This document shows, in pieces, positions 18,418 to 28,315 of a stretch of 64,000 bases of DNA. Position numbers and translations under genes: made by a program. Within the stretch, counting starts at the first letter, position 1, and each line of letters starts with the position of its first letter. The notes under the pieces were generated by a model. That model saw only the letters and a list, made by a program, of their open reading frames with translations, was not told where the DNA came from and did no database searches. Source of the DNA: Gemmatimonadota bacterium (GTDB lineage Bacteria > Gemmatimonadota > Gemmatimonadetes > Gemmatimonadales > GWC2-71-9); assembly GCA_036679645.1 (NCBI GenBank), contig JAZDCY010000015.1:58504-122503 (forward strand), given 5' to 3'.

Positions 18418-21066
18418 ATGAGCGGAATTACGGAGCGCCTGACTAACGCCATCGCCGACAGGTACAAGATCGAGTCTCACCTCGGCCAGGGCGGGATGGC
18501 GACAGTCTATCTAGCCCACGACCTGAAGCACGATCGCAAGGTCGCGCTGAAAGTGCTGCGTCCAGAACTGGCCGCCGTGATCGGCGCCGAGCGTTTCCTC
18601 CAGGAGATCAAGGTCACGGCCAACCTGCAGCATCCCCACATCCTGCCGCTGCACGATTCGGGGGAAGCGGATTCCTTTCTCTATTACGTCATGCCGTACG
18701 TGGAGGGGGACACGCTGCGGGACAAACTGGACCGCGAGAAGCAACTCGGCGTGGACGACGCGATTGCGATCACGCAGGGCATTGCCTCGGCGCTCGATTA
18801 CGCGCACCGGCAGAACGTGATCCACCGGGATATCAAGCCGGAAAACATCCTGCTGCACGACGGCCAGGCGCTGGTGGCCGATTTCGGGATCGCGCTTGCC
18901 GTGAGCCAGGCGGGCGGGACGCGCATCACGGAGACCGGTCTGTCGCTTGGCACGCCGCACTACATGAGTCCGGAACAGGCGATGGGCGATCGCGAGTTGG
19001 ATGCGCGGAGCGACGTCTACTCGCTCGGTGCCGTGTTGTATGAGATGCTGACCGGCGAGCCGCCATACACGGGCTCCACCGCGCAGGCGATCGTGGCGCG
19101 TGTGATCACGGAGGACCCACGTCCGCTCAGCTTGCAACGGCGCACGGCGCCTCCGCACGTGGCCGATCCGGCGGACCGGTTTACCTCCGCGGCCAGTTTT
19201 GCCGAGGCGCTGGTCACGCCCGGTTACGTCACGCCGAGTCACACACGGACCGGCACCGCGGCCGCGGCGCCACCACGCCGCCGCGACTGGCAGAAGTTGG
19301 TGTTGGCCGCCGCGCTCGTCGTGATGACAGCTCTCGCCTCTTGGGCCATCTGGCGGCCGGGCCCGCCGGCTACGGTTGCCCGGCTCGATCTCGACCTCGG
19401 CGACATTGTGAAGCGCAGCGGTCTCGGCGACGTGGTGGTCTCCCCGGACGGTTCGATGCTCGCGGTGGCAGGTGTCGTGGGCAGTGAGTCCGGGATCTAC
19501 GTGCGTCGCATTGGCGAGGCGGATTTCCAGCTACTCCCCGGAACAGAGAACGGTTCAACGCCGGCCTTCTCGCCCGACGGCCAGTGGATCGTGTTTCGGA
19601 ACAATGCACAGAGGACGATCGTGAAGGTGGCGGTATCGGGAGGCGGGGTGCTCACCCTGCTCGACCGCGGCACGATCAATCCCTTCTTGCCGCACTGGGG
19701 TGCGGAGGCGACCATCGTACTAACTGGCCCCCAGGGCACACACGTGCTCTCGGCCGGCGGCGGTACCCCGCGACGCCTCGACAACGCCCTGTTCGGCCGG
19801 GGTCCCATTCATCTTTTGCCCGACGGTTCGGGCATTCTCGGCAACGCTCGAGGCGGTGGTGTTGCGCTCTATGACATGCAGGCCGACTCGATGATCCAGT
19901 TGCTCGAGGACGGACGCAATGCCACCTACGTAGCGTCAGGCCACCTGTTGTACGTCCCCGGCACCGGCGGCCTGTTCGCCGTGCCGTTCGACCTGGGCAG
20001 CCACCGTATCACGGGCCCGGCCGTGCGCGTGCTGGATCGTGTCGCCTCCGCCGGCAGTCAGCGCGGGTTCAGCGTGTCACGTGGCGGCACGATCGTGTAT
20101 CTGGAGGGCCAGGCGAGTGGGGGCGGCGGGGGAAGGGCGACGCGTCTCCTGGTCATGGACCGCTCCGGAGGCGCGGATACGCTGCGGCTTCCGTCGGCTC
20201 GGCGCCTCTGGCCCCGGTATTCCCCAGACGGCCGCACCATCGTGTATGAACTGGTCAACGCCGAGCGCAACAACAACACCGACATCTACACGTTCGACCT
20301 CGTCACCGGCACGAGCACGCAGATCACCTTCGACGGCGACAATGAGGACCCGATGTGGTCACCGGACGGCACGCGCATCCTGTTTGACGTCGAACAACCC
20401 GATAGTGATTCCACCCTGGGGGAGGACCTGTTCATCAAGCCGGCGGACAACAGTAGTAGCCAACAACGGATACTGAGCCGCCCCCGGGATCAGTGGCCAG
20501 AGGCATGGCTGGCAGATGACCGCATCGTGTTCGGCACCAATGAGGCGGGAAACCGGGACCTCTTCACCTTCGCGCTCGCGGACACCAGTACGGTCCAGCC
20601 CTATCTCCAGGCGCCGTGGCAGGAGAGGGATTTGGCGCTGTCGCCGGACGGGGAGCTGGCGGCGTTCGTGTCGAGCGAGACCGAGATACCAGAGATCTGG
20701 CTGCGCGACTTTCCGACGCCGGAAGGGAAATGGCGCGTGTCGTTTGGCGGCGGCTTTCATCCGCGATGGTCACCGGACGGCGGCACGCTCTACTTCTGGC
20801 ACTATGGCCCCGGCCTCGATTCGTTGATGGCCGCGCGGATCGATCGCACGCCGCAGGTCACGGTGCGACAACCGGAATTGGTCCTCGTACACGACGTCAT
20901 CTTCCAGGGGTGGGATCTACACCCCGACGGCGAGCGGTTTCTAATCGTTGAGAACGAAGGCGCGGGCACTCCAACGCCGGCCACCGCCGCGGGTCAGCCC
21001 GTCGAGCGCTACCTGGTGGTGCTCAACTGGTTTAAGGAATTGCGCCAGCGGATGGCGGCACAGTGA
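18418..21066 (+). CDS. Ser/Thr kinase-TM-TolB/PD40 beta-propeller receptor (short in-frame deletion in kinase C-lobe)
   Basis: Start MSGITERL; kinase motifs; PPHVADPADRF vs PPHVAAAVHKALSKLPADRF in paralogs; TM; propeller. Confidence 0.9.
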   Translation: MSGITERLTNAIADRYKIESHLGQGGMATVYLAHDLKHDRKVALKVLRPELAAVIGAERFLQEIKVTANLQHPHILPLHDSGEADSFLYYVMPYVEGDTLRDKLDREKQLGVDDAIAITQGIASALDYAHRQNVIHRDIKPENILLHDGQALVADFGIALAVSQAGGTRITETGLSLGTPHYMSPEQAMGDRELDARSDVYSLGAVLYEMLTGEPPYTGSTAQAIVARVITEDPRPLSLQRRTAPPHVADPADRFTSAASFAEALVTPGYVTPSHTRTGTAAAAPPRRRDWQKLVLAAALVVMTALASWAIWRPGPPATVARLDLDLGDIVKRSGLGDVVVSPDGSMLAVAGVVGSESGIYVRRIGEADFQLLPGTENGSTPAFSPDGQWIVFRNNAQRTIVKVAVSGGGVLTLLDRGTINPFLPHWGAEATIVLTGPQGTHVLSAGGGTPRRLDNALFGRGPIHLLPDGSGILGNARGGGVALYDMQADSMIQLLEDGRNATYVASGHLLYVPGTGGLFAVPFDLGSHRITGPAVRVLDRVASAGSQRGFSVSRGGTIVYLEGQASGGGGGRATRLLVMDRSGGADTLRLPSARRLWPRYSPDGRTIVYELVNAERNNNTDIYTFDLVTGTSTQITFDGDNEDPMWSPDGTRILFDVEQPDSDSTLGEDLFIKPADNSSSQQRILSRPRDQWPEAWLADDRIVFGTNEAGNRDLFTFALADTSTVQPYLQAPWQERDLALSPDGELAAFVSSETEIPEIWLRDFPTPEGKWRVSFGGGFHPRWSPDGGTLYFWHYGPGLDSLMAARIDRTPQVTVRQPELVLVHDVIFQGWDLHPDGERFLIVENEGAGTPTPATAAGQPVERYLVVLNWFKELRQRMAAQ

Positions 21067-21068
21067 GT

Positions 21069-21154
21069 GATTGCAGATTACTGATTGCAGATTTCAGATG
21101 TCAGGTTTATCGATAGATCTGCAATCACTATTCTGCAATCTGCAATCTGCAATT
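21069..21154. repeat. 7-nt-periodic palindromic repeat, family A
   Basis: GATTGCAGATTACTGATTGCAGATTTCAGAT...ATCTGCAATCACTATTCTGCAATCTGCAATCTGCAATT. Confidence 0.88.
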
Positions 21155-21173
21155 CGCTGAATGGACTCATGAT

Positions 21174-23807
21174 ATGAGCGACATAACAGAGCGTCTCTCG
21201 TCAGCGATAGCTGACCGTTACAAGATCGAGTCGCACCTCGGTCAGGGCGGGATGGCGACCGTCTATCTCGCTCACGACCTGAAACACGACCGCAAGGTGG
21301 CGCTCAAGGTCTTGCGCCCCGAGTTGGCTGCGGTCATCGGCGCCGAGCGTTTCTTGCAGGAGATCAAGGTCACGGCCAATCTGCAGCATCCCCACATCCT
21401 GCCGCTGCACGACTCGGGCGAGGCCGATTCGTTCCTCTATTACGTCATGCCGTACATCGAGGGCGAATCGCTGCGCGACAAGATCGACAAGGAGAAACAA
21501 CTCGGCATTGACGACGCGGTCGATGTTGCGCGCTCCGTTGCGTCCGCGCTCGACTACGCGCACCGCCAGGGCGTGATCCATCGCGACATCAAGCCGGAGA
21601 ACATCCTCATTCACGATGGGCAGGCGCTCGTTGCGGATTTTGGTATTGCGCTCGCCATCAGTGAGGCCAGCGGCAATCGCCTGACCGAAACGGGGCTCAG
21701 TATTGGCACGCCGCACTACATGAGCCCCGAGCAGGCAATGGGCGATCGCGAGCTGGACGCACGCTCCGACGTGTACAGTCTCGGTGCCATGATGTACGAA
21801 ATGCTGACCGGCGATCCGCCGTATCAGGGGAGCACGGCGCAGGCAATCGTTGCCAAGGTCATTACGGAGAAGGCGCCGCCGGTGACGGCGGCACGAGACA
21901 CGACCCCACCACATATCGCGGCGGCCGTGCACAAGGCGTTGAGCAAGCTGCCGGCGGATCGCTTCGCGAGCGCTGCCGCGTTCGCGGACGCACTCACGCG
22001 GCCGGGCGCGATACCGCTCACGGTCGCCGCCGAGGCAGGACCGGAAGCGTTGCGGAAGCGTACAGTTCCCGCCGTCGGTGCGATTGCCGCGGCCGCGCTC
22101 ATCGCTGCCATCGCCTTGCTCGTAGGACGAATGACGGCTCCCGAACCGGCGCCGCCATCGAACCCGGCGTTCCGCTCCGAGATCGTTCTGCCCGAAGCAA
22201 TGGGCGTCGCCCAGACGGGGGGGCAACTCATAGCGATCTCTCCCGATGGGAGCCGGATCGTGTATGTGGGTACCGCTGAAGGTGGGGGGACGCAGCTGTT
22301 CCTTCGGCGAGTGGGGGATCTGGCAATCGTACCGCTTCCAGGCACGGAAGGCGTGTCGAACCCTTTCTTTTCACCCGACGGCGAGTGGATTGGATTTGAG
22401 CTGGACAACGAACTCAAGAAGATTGCGGTGGCCGGCGGACCGCCGCTGACGATTGCGCGGGTCAATCCTTCGCGCCCCCACTGGGGGCAGAACGACACCA
22501 TCATCGATGCGAGTGGCTCCGAGCCACTGTACACGGTGCCTGGCGCTGGCGGGATTCCTGTACCGGTTCCGGTGGCTGATACGACGCTCGACCTGCGGTC
22601 GCCGCACATGCTTCCCGGCGGCGGGGCCGCCCTGGTCACGATCTTTGCCGGTCTCGAGGGATCGCAGATCGGTCTCGTCGATCTCGAAACCGGCGCGATC
22701 GACACGCTCGTATCCGAGGGTGTACGCCCGGTGTACCTGTCCACCGGACACGTGCTCTACGGTCACGCGAGCGGCGGTGTTTTCGTGGTGCCCTTCGATG
22801 TGGAACGTCGGGTCGTCACCGGTTCGCCGACGCCCGTGTTGGACAACGTACGGGTCTTCGGTGGCGGGCCCGTCCAGTTCGAGGTCGCGCAGAACGGGAC
22901 GGCGGTTTACCTGACGGGGCAGGGAGGTCAGGGCCGGGAGTTGGTGACGGTGGACATGGCGGGGCGCGAGGAGCCGCTGGCGCTCGAGCCGGAACGGTAC
23001 GCCTCACCGCGCTTCTCGCCCGATGGCGGGCGTATCGCGCTGACCATGCAGGGTGATGCAACCGACGTATACGTCTTCGAGATGGCTCGCGGGACCCTGT
23101 CGCGACTCACCTTCCAGGGAAACAACCTCTACCCTGTGTGGTCGCCCGACGGTCGCTACGTCATGTTCGGCTCCCGCCTCGAGGGCACGTTGGACCACGA
23201 CATCTTTCGCAAGGTGGCAGACGGGAGCGGCCCACCTGAGCTGGTGCTCCAGGCCGAGTACGCAAATTTTGCGCAGTCGTGGGCCGATGACGGGACCATC
23301 CTCTATCGCACGCGCAGCCCGGGGGGACTCGATCTTAGCGTGCTTCAATCGGGGGATTCCACGGGCACGCCATATCTCGCCGAGGAGTGGAATGAGTACG
23401 CGGGAGCTGTTTCCCCTGATGGGCGCTGGGTGGCCTACGTCTCCAACGAGACCGACGCTAATGAAGTCTACGTCCGGGCGTTCCCGGAGCCTGCGGGACG
23501 ATGGCAGGTGTCGCAGGGAGGCGGGAGCGAGCCCATCTGGGCACCGGACGGCCGCACCATCTACTACTGGCGCGGACCAGCGGAACTGGTCGCGGCTAGG
23601 GTCCAAACCCAGCCATCATTTGCGGTGCTCGGTGAAGAAACTGTGCTACAAGGTCGCTACGAGAGATTCTTCCTTTATCCGCAGTACGACATCCATCCCG
23701 ACGGCGACCGCTTCGTCATGATCAAGAACGTAGCGGGCGATGCTGTGGGAGGGATCACGGTTGTCGTGAATTGGTTTGAGGAGCTGCGGGAACGGTTGGG
23801 GAGGTGA
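21174..23807 (+). CDS. Ser/Thr kinase-TM-TolB/PD40 beta-propeller receptor
   Basis: Complete kinase motifs, TM, SPDG blades, VVVNWFEEL. Confidence 0.93.
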   Translation: MSDITERLSSAIADRYKIESHLGQGGMATVYLAHDLKHDRKVALKVLRPELAAVIGAERFLQEIKVTANLQHPHILPLHDSGEADSFLYYVMPYIEGESLRDKIDKEKQLGIDDAVDVARSVASALDYAHRQGVIHRDIKPENILIHDGQALVADFGIALAISEASGNRLTETGLSIGTPHYMSPEQAMGDRELDARSDVYSLGAMMYEMLTGDPPYQGSTAQAIVAKVITEKAPPVTAARDTTPPHIAAAVHKALSKLPADRFASAAAFADALTRPGAIPLTVAAEAGPEALRKRTVPAVGAIAAAALIAAIALLVGRMTAPEPAPPSNPAFRSEIVLPEAMGVAQTGGQLIAISPDGSRIVYVGTAEGGGTQLFLRRVGDLAIVPLPGTEGVSNPFFSPDGEWIGFELDNELKKIAVAGGPPLTIARVNPSRPHWGQNDTIIDASGSEPLYTVPGAGGIPVPVPVADTTLDLRSPHMLPGGGAALVTIFAGLEGSQIGLVDLETGAIDTLVSEGVRPVYLSTGHVLYGHASGGVFVVPFDVERRVVTGSPTPVLDNVRVFGGGPVQFEVAQNGTAVYLTGQGGQGRELVTVDMAGREEPLALEPERYASPRFSPDGGRIALTMQGDATDVYVFEMARGTLSRLTFQGNNLYPVWSPDGRYVMFGSRLEGTLDHDIFRKVADGSGPPELVLQAEYANFAQSWADDGTILYRTRSPGGLDLSVLQSGDSTGTPYLAEEWNEYAGAVSPDGRWVAYVSNETDANEVYVRAFPEPAGRWQVSQGGGSEPIWAPDGRTIYYWRGPAELVAARVQTQPSFAVLGEETVLQGRYERFFLYPQYDIHPDGDRFVMIKNVAGDAVGGITVVVNWFEELRERLGR

Positions 23808-23901
23808 TGGCAGATTCAAGATCGGTGATTGGGGATGGGCCTTGAGACGCGAAAGCTCATGCCGTCAACGACTTAGCTGCCGAACAGCCCATTCAGTAGT
23901 C

Positions 23902-23936
23902 TTGATTGTCCATATTGATCGGGCTATTATAGCCTT
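23902..23936 (+). promoter_or_regulatory. sigma70-like promoter with palindromic operator for TA4
   Basis: TTGATT 23902-23907, 17-bp spacer, TATTAT 23925-23930; GGCTAT-T-ATAGCC palindrome; ATG 23937. Confidence 0.7.
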
Positions 23937-24230
23937 ATGAAATCCGAGTCAATTTCGAGCGCCAAGAACCGGCTGAGCGCGCTCATCAAACAGGTCCAAA
24001 ACGGCGAGCCGGTGGTCATCACCGATCGCGGGGTCCCGGTGGCCGAGCTCGTACCGGTACGGCTCGGGACCGGGGTCCCCGCTCGGATCCTCGGCCTCGC
24101 GCAGGAAGGGCTGGTCAGGCTACCCGAAGTCTCGCCCGATACCGAGTGGCTCGACCTCCCGCGACCGTGCCTGACCCCCGGTCCCAGCGCGGTGGACCTG
24201 CTGCTCGAGGACCGGAGCGATGGGCGATGA
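23937..24230 (+). CDS. Phd/YefM-family antitoxin
   Basis: SISSAKNRLSALIKQVQNGEPVVITDRGVPVAELVP. Confidence 0.9.
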   Translation: MKSESISSAKNRLSALIKQVQNGEPVVITDRGVPVAELVPVRLGTGVPARILGLAQEGLVRLPEVSPDTEWLDLPRPCLTPGPSAVDLLLEDRSDGR

Positions 24231-24652
24231 GGTTCTGGGACACGTCGGCGATACTGCCCCTCTTAGTGGACGAACCGCAGACGAAGGCCATGGTTGAGCT
24301 GATGGGGGACGATCCCGCGGCAGCCGTGTGGTGGCTGACGTCCGTGGAGTGCTGGTCGGCACTGGCGCGTCTGGAACGGGAGGGGCGACTCACGGAGGCC
24401 GGTGTCACCGCGGCGGCGGCGCTGCTGCGGGAGGCGGCGCGGCGATGGACGGAGATCCCTCCCATCGAACGCGTCCGCGACCAGGCCTCCCGCCTGCTGC
24501 GGCTCCACCCGCTCCGGACCGGCGACGCTCTACAACTGGCGGCGGCGGTGGTGTTGGCGGACTTTGAACCCCGCACGTTGCCATTGGTCACCCTCGACCT
24601 CCGGTTGGCTGCGGCTGCCCGGCGCGAGGGATTCGAGGTGTTGGGGGGCTGA
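24227..24652 (+). CDS. vapC: PIN-domain toxin (VapC-like)
   Basis: ATGA overlap; MRFWDTS, VEC, LRTGDALQLAAA, VTLDLRL. Confidence 0.9.
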   Translation: MRFWDTSAILPLLVDEPQTKAMVELMGDDPAAAVWWLTSVECWSALARLEREGRLTEAGVTAAAALLREAARRWTEIPPIERVRDQASRLLRLHPLRTGDALQLAAAVVLADFEPRTLPLVTLDLRLAAAARREGFEVLGG

Positions 24653-24686
24653 TGGATACACATGCGCGCATTCGATACGGCAGGTC

Positions 24687-24770
24687 GATTTGCGATGGAC
24701 GATTGGCGATCTGTGATTTGCGATTGCCGCCAATCGCCGATCGCCGATTGGTAATCGCCAATCGTTCTTG
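24687..24770. repeat. 7-nt-periodic palindromic repeat, family B
   Basis: CGATTTG CGATGGA CGATTGG CGATCTG...CCAATCG CCGATCG; its 3' flank to the ATG is identical to that before 18418. Confidence 0.78.
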
Positions 24771-24785
24771 CACTCGAGAGCTGAC

Positions 24786-27440
24786 ATGAGCGGAATCACC
24801 GAGCGCCTGACCAACGCCATCGCCGATCGCTACAAGATCGAGTCTCACCTCGGCCAGGGCGGCATGGCGACCGTCTATCTTGCGCATGATCTCAAGCACG
24901 ACCGCAAGGTCGCGCTGAAAGTCTTGCGTCCGGAGTTGGCGGCGGTCATTGGCGCCGAGCGTTTCCTGCAGGAGATCAAGGTCACCGCCAACCTGCAGCA
25001 CCCGCACATCCTGCCGCTGCATGACTCGGGCGAGGCCGATTCGTTCCTCTATTACGTCATGCCGTACATCGAGGGCGAATCGCTGCGCGACAAGATCGAC
25101 AAGGAGAAGCAGCTCGGTATTGACGATGCGGTTGATGTTGCACGTTCCGTTGCATCGGCGCTCGACTACGCGCACCGCCAGGGCGTGATCCATCGCGACA
25201 TCAAGCCAGAGAACATCCTCATCCACGACGGGCAGGCGCTGGTCGCGGATTTTGGCATTGCGCTCGCCATCAGTGAGGCCAGCGGGAATCGCCTGACGGA
25301 GACGGGACTCAGTATTGGCACGCCGCACTACATGAGTCCCGAGCAGGCAATGGGCGATCGCGAGCTGGACGCACGCTCCGACGTCTACAGCCTGGGTGCC
25401 ATGACGTACGAGATGCTGACCGGCGACCCGCCGTATCAGGGCAGCACGGCGCAGGCGATCGTGGCCAAGGTCATTACGGAGAAGGCGCCGCCGGTGACCG
25501 CAACACGGGACACGACGCCGCCGCACGTCGCGGCGGCCGTGCACAAGGCGTTGAGCAAGCTGCCGGCGGATCGTTTCCCGAGCGCTGCCGAGTTTGCCGA
25601 CGCGCTCACTCGGCCAGGTGCGATCCCACTCACGGTCGCGGCCGAGGCGGGGGAGGCTGCACCTGCGGGGCGGACCATCCCTGTTGCCCCCGCAATCGCC
25701 GGCGTCGCGCTGATTGCCGCAATCGCCGCGTTCTTCGGGCGCACGACGGCGCCGGAGCCCGCGCCGCGCCTCACGCAGTTCCTCGTGCCCGCTCCGGACA
25801 GCGTTGCTTCATTCGGCCGGTGTTGCGCCCCGGCGATGGCGCTCTCGCCGGACGGCAACGTCCTCGTGTTCGTGGGGTTCATGGGCGGTGATCGGGGCCC
25901 GCTCTTCCGGCGTGAGGCCGGACGGTTGGACGCGGAGCCCATTCCCGGAACAGAAGGCGCAACCGGGCCCTTCTTCTCACCCGATGGTCGTTGGGTTGGA
26001 TTCCGCGTTGATAATCGACTGCGCAAGGTGTCGATGGCGGGCGGGCCGCCGGTGACGATCGCGGATATCGGCGGGCGCACGCGGGGAGGGGGGAGTTGGG
26101 GCGACAACGATCTCATCGTCTACTCCTCCGATGCGGATCGCGACCTCTACGTGGTTCCCGGCTCTGGCGGCGAGCCACGGAAGCTCACGACATCAGGTGA
26201 GGACCAGCACACCAATCCCGACATGCTCCCGGGTGGCGAGGGGGCGTTGTTCAGCGTGCGGCCGGGAGGAAGTCTCGAGAACATGTTCATTGCGGTGGTC
26301 GACATCGCGTCCGGTCGCATCGACTCGATCGGCGTGGTCGGCACGGCAGCGGCGTTCGCCCGGCCGGGGCACCTGGTCTACACGGGTGCCGACGGGTCGC
26401 TGCTGGCCCAGCCGTTCGATCCCGGCGCACGGCGCACAACCGGTCAGGCCGTGGCGATTCTCGATGGGGTACTAGTACGGGGAGACGGGAACGGGGAGTA
26501 CGGTGTCTCTGCCGAGGGGAGCTTGGTGTACTACCCGGGCGCCGGCGGTGGAGGTGAAGAGGACCTCGTACTGATCTCCGGCGGTACGCAGGAAACAGTG
26601 CCGTTACCACAGGGCGGCAACTTTGAGGACGTCGCCATTTCTCCCGATGGGAGGCGCATTGCGATACGGCTCGCAGATGTCAACGATGCCTCGGACCTTT
26701 GGGTCTTCGACCGCAATCAGGGCACGCTCCTACGACTGACAGTGGAAGGCGAAAACACTGCGCCCCGCTGGACGCCCGACGGCACCAGCATTGCGTTTCG
26801 GAGCACGCGTGGCGGCATGGATGGGATCTTTTGGAAACGCGCCGATGCCAGCGGCAACGCCGAACTGCTGTACGACGGGGAAGGAAATGCCTTCCCTATG
26901 TCGTGGCTCCCCGAAGGCGATGCTCTCATCTTCATCGAGAACCGTGGTGAGGGGAGCTTGCTAGACATTGGGCTGCTCACGCTGCGCGATACGACGGTAC
27001 GGTGGCTGGTCGAGAGCCCGTTTTGGGATCGCCAGCCACAAGTAACTCCCGACGGTCGGTGGTTTGCCTACACGTCGGATCGGTCCGGCGATGCCGAAGT
27101 CTACATCCAGGCGCTTTCGGGTGAGGGCGGGCTGTTCCAGGTGTCGATAGAGGGCGGATCGTCCCCGCGCTGGAGCCCGGACGGTCGCACGCTCTACTAC
27201 AGCACCGGCCCACAGATCACGGCCGCGTCTTTGACCCTGGACCCGGAGATCTCGGTGACGTCACGCTCGGTCGTCGCGGAGGGGTTTTTCGATTTCAACT
27301 TCACCTTGACGAACTACGACATCCATCCCGTAACCGAAGAGCTTCTGATGATCCTGCAGGGCAGCGAAGAGCAGCAGACGAGCCTGGTGTGGATTCAGGG
27401 GTGGCGGGAGATCATCAGGGACATGGAGACGGGGAGATGA
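24786..27440 (+). CDS. Ser/Thr kinase-TM-TolB/PD40 beta-propeller receptor
   Basis: Kinase domain almost identical to that of 21174..23807; divergent propeller. Confidence 0.93.
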   Translation: MSGITERLTNAIADRYKIESHLGQGGMATVYLAHDLKHDRKVALKVLRPELAAVIGAERFLQEIKVTANLQHPHILPLHDSGEADSFLYYVMPYIEGESLRDKIDKEKQLGIDDAVDVARSVASALDYAHRQGVIHRDIKPENILIHDGQALVADFGIALAISEASGNRLTETGLSIGTPHYMSPEQAMGDRELDARSDVYSLGAMTYEMLTGDPPYQGSTAQAIVAKVITEKAPPVTATRDTTPPHVAAAVHKALSKLPADRFPSAAEFADALTRPGAIPLTVAAEAGEAAPAGRTIPVAPAIAGVALIAAIAAFFGRTTAPEPAPRLTQFLVPAPDSVASFGRCCAPAMALSPDGNVLVFVGFMGGDRGPLFRREAGRLDAEPIPGTEGATGPFFSPDGRWVGFRVDNRLRKVSMAGGPPVTIADIGGRTRGGGSWGDNDLIVYSSDADRDLYVVPGSGGEPRKLTTSGEDQHTNPDMLPGGEGALFSVRPGGSLENMFIAVVDIASGRIDSIGVVGTAAAFARPGHLVYTGADGSLLAQPFDPGARRTTGQAVAILDGVLVRGDGNGEYGVSAEGSLVYYPGAGGGGEEDLVLISGGTQETVPLPQGGNFEDVAISPDGRRIAIRLADVNDASDLWVFDRNQGTLLRLTVEGENTAPRWTPDGTSIAFRSTRGGMDGIFWKRADASGNAELLYDGEGNAFPMSWLPEGDALIFIENRGEGSLLDIGLLTLRDTTVRWLVESPFWDRQPQVTPDGRWFAYTSDRSGDAEVYIQALSGEGGLFQVSIEGGSSPRWSPDGRTLYYSTGPQITAASLTLDPEISVTSRSVVAEGFFDFNFTLTNYDIHPVTEELLMILQGSEEQQTSLVWIQGWREIIRDMETGR

Positions 27441-27449
27441 GATGAGCGG

Positions 27450-27562
27450 CTGCCGCGGATGATTGATACGAGCGCGGATCGGATCGAGATACAATTGGGC
27501 TGGCACGACAAGGAGCAATCCGCGTTCTCAAGAGTCAATCCGCGGCAGAGTCAATCCGCGTC
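27450..27562. repeat. Intergenic inverted repeat element (CGCGGAT / ATCCGCG units)
   Basis: Two CGCGGAT then three CAATCCGCG copies; CTGCCGCGGAT pairs with ATCCGCGGCAG. Confidence 0.6.
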
Positions 27563-27611
27563 AGTACCACGATCCTAGCGCAAGATAACACATAGTAGTA
27601 CATTGTAACAC

Positions 27612-27893
27612 ATGAAGGATTCCCACGTCACCTTGCGTCTTCCCGGTGCCTTGGCCCGGACGCTGGCTCGGTGGGCCAAGCAGCGCGGGATGGCCAAATC
27701 GCAGGTGGTACGAGAGGCCGTCGCCGCGTACCTGCGCACGGGGCCCACCGCCGTCTCGCGCACGGTCACCGCCGCCGATCTCGCCGAGCAGTGGCGGGGC
27801 CTACCGCGTCTCACGCCGGAGGAGGCCACGGCGTTCCGCAACGATCTTGCCGAGGCGCGTGATGCCTTACCTCCCCCCGACCAGTGGGAGTGA
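27612..27893 (+). CDS. CopG/RHH antitoxin
   Basis: HVTLRLP..MAKSQVVREAVAAYL; paralog of 30960..31241; TACATT -10 box 7 nt before ATG. Confidence 0.85.
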   Translation: MKDSHVTLRLPGALARTLARWAKQRGMAKSQVVREAVAAYLRTGPTAVSRTVTAADLAEQWRGLPRLTPEEATAFRNDLAEARDALPPPDQWE

Positions 27894-28315
27894 TCGTCGA
27901 CACCTCGCTGCTCATCGCGGCGGAGCGGGGCACCGTACGCTTCGAGGACTTCCTGCGTTCCCTCGGGACGGAGACGATCGGCATGGCCGCGATTACCGCC
28001 TCGGAACTGCTGCACGGATGCCATCGCGCAACAGATTCCGGTGTCCGGGCGCGACGCTCGGCGTTCGTGGACGCACTGCTCGAGACGATTCCTGTTCTAC
28101 CGTTCGGATTGGCGGAGGCGCGCCGGCACGCGCACCTTTGGGCTGACCTGGCACGTGATGGCAGGGCGATCGGACCGCATGACATGCTGATCGGTGCCAC
28201 GGCCCTGGCGCGCGGAGATGCGGTTGGCACGCTCAACCGGCGCGAGTTTTCCCGGATTGCCGGCTTGCGCCTGGCTCCGGTGGAGCGCTTCGATGTAGGG
28301 AAAGGAGCTTCATGA
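27884..28315 (+). CDS. vapC: PIN-domain toxin (VapC-like)
   Basis: IVDTS, TASELLHG, IGPHDMLIGATA, TLNRREF. Confidence 0.9.
   Translation: MGVIVDTSLLIAAERGTVRFEDFLRSLGTETIGMAAITASELLHGCHRATDSGVRARRSAFVDALLETIPVLPFGLAEARRHAHLWADLARDGRAIGPHDMLIGATALARGDAVGTLNRREFSRIAGLRLAPVERFDVGKGAS

Noticed and set aside
2..27440. Classical integron with attC sites
   Set aside because: No integron integrase in the window and the junction repeats lack recognisable RYYYAAC/GTTRRRY boxes
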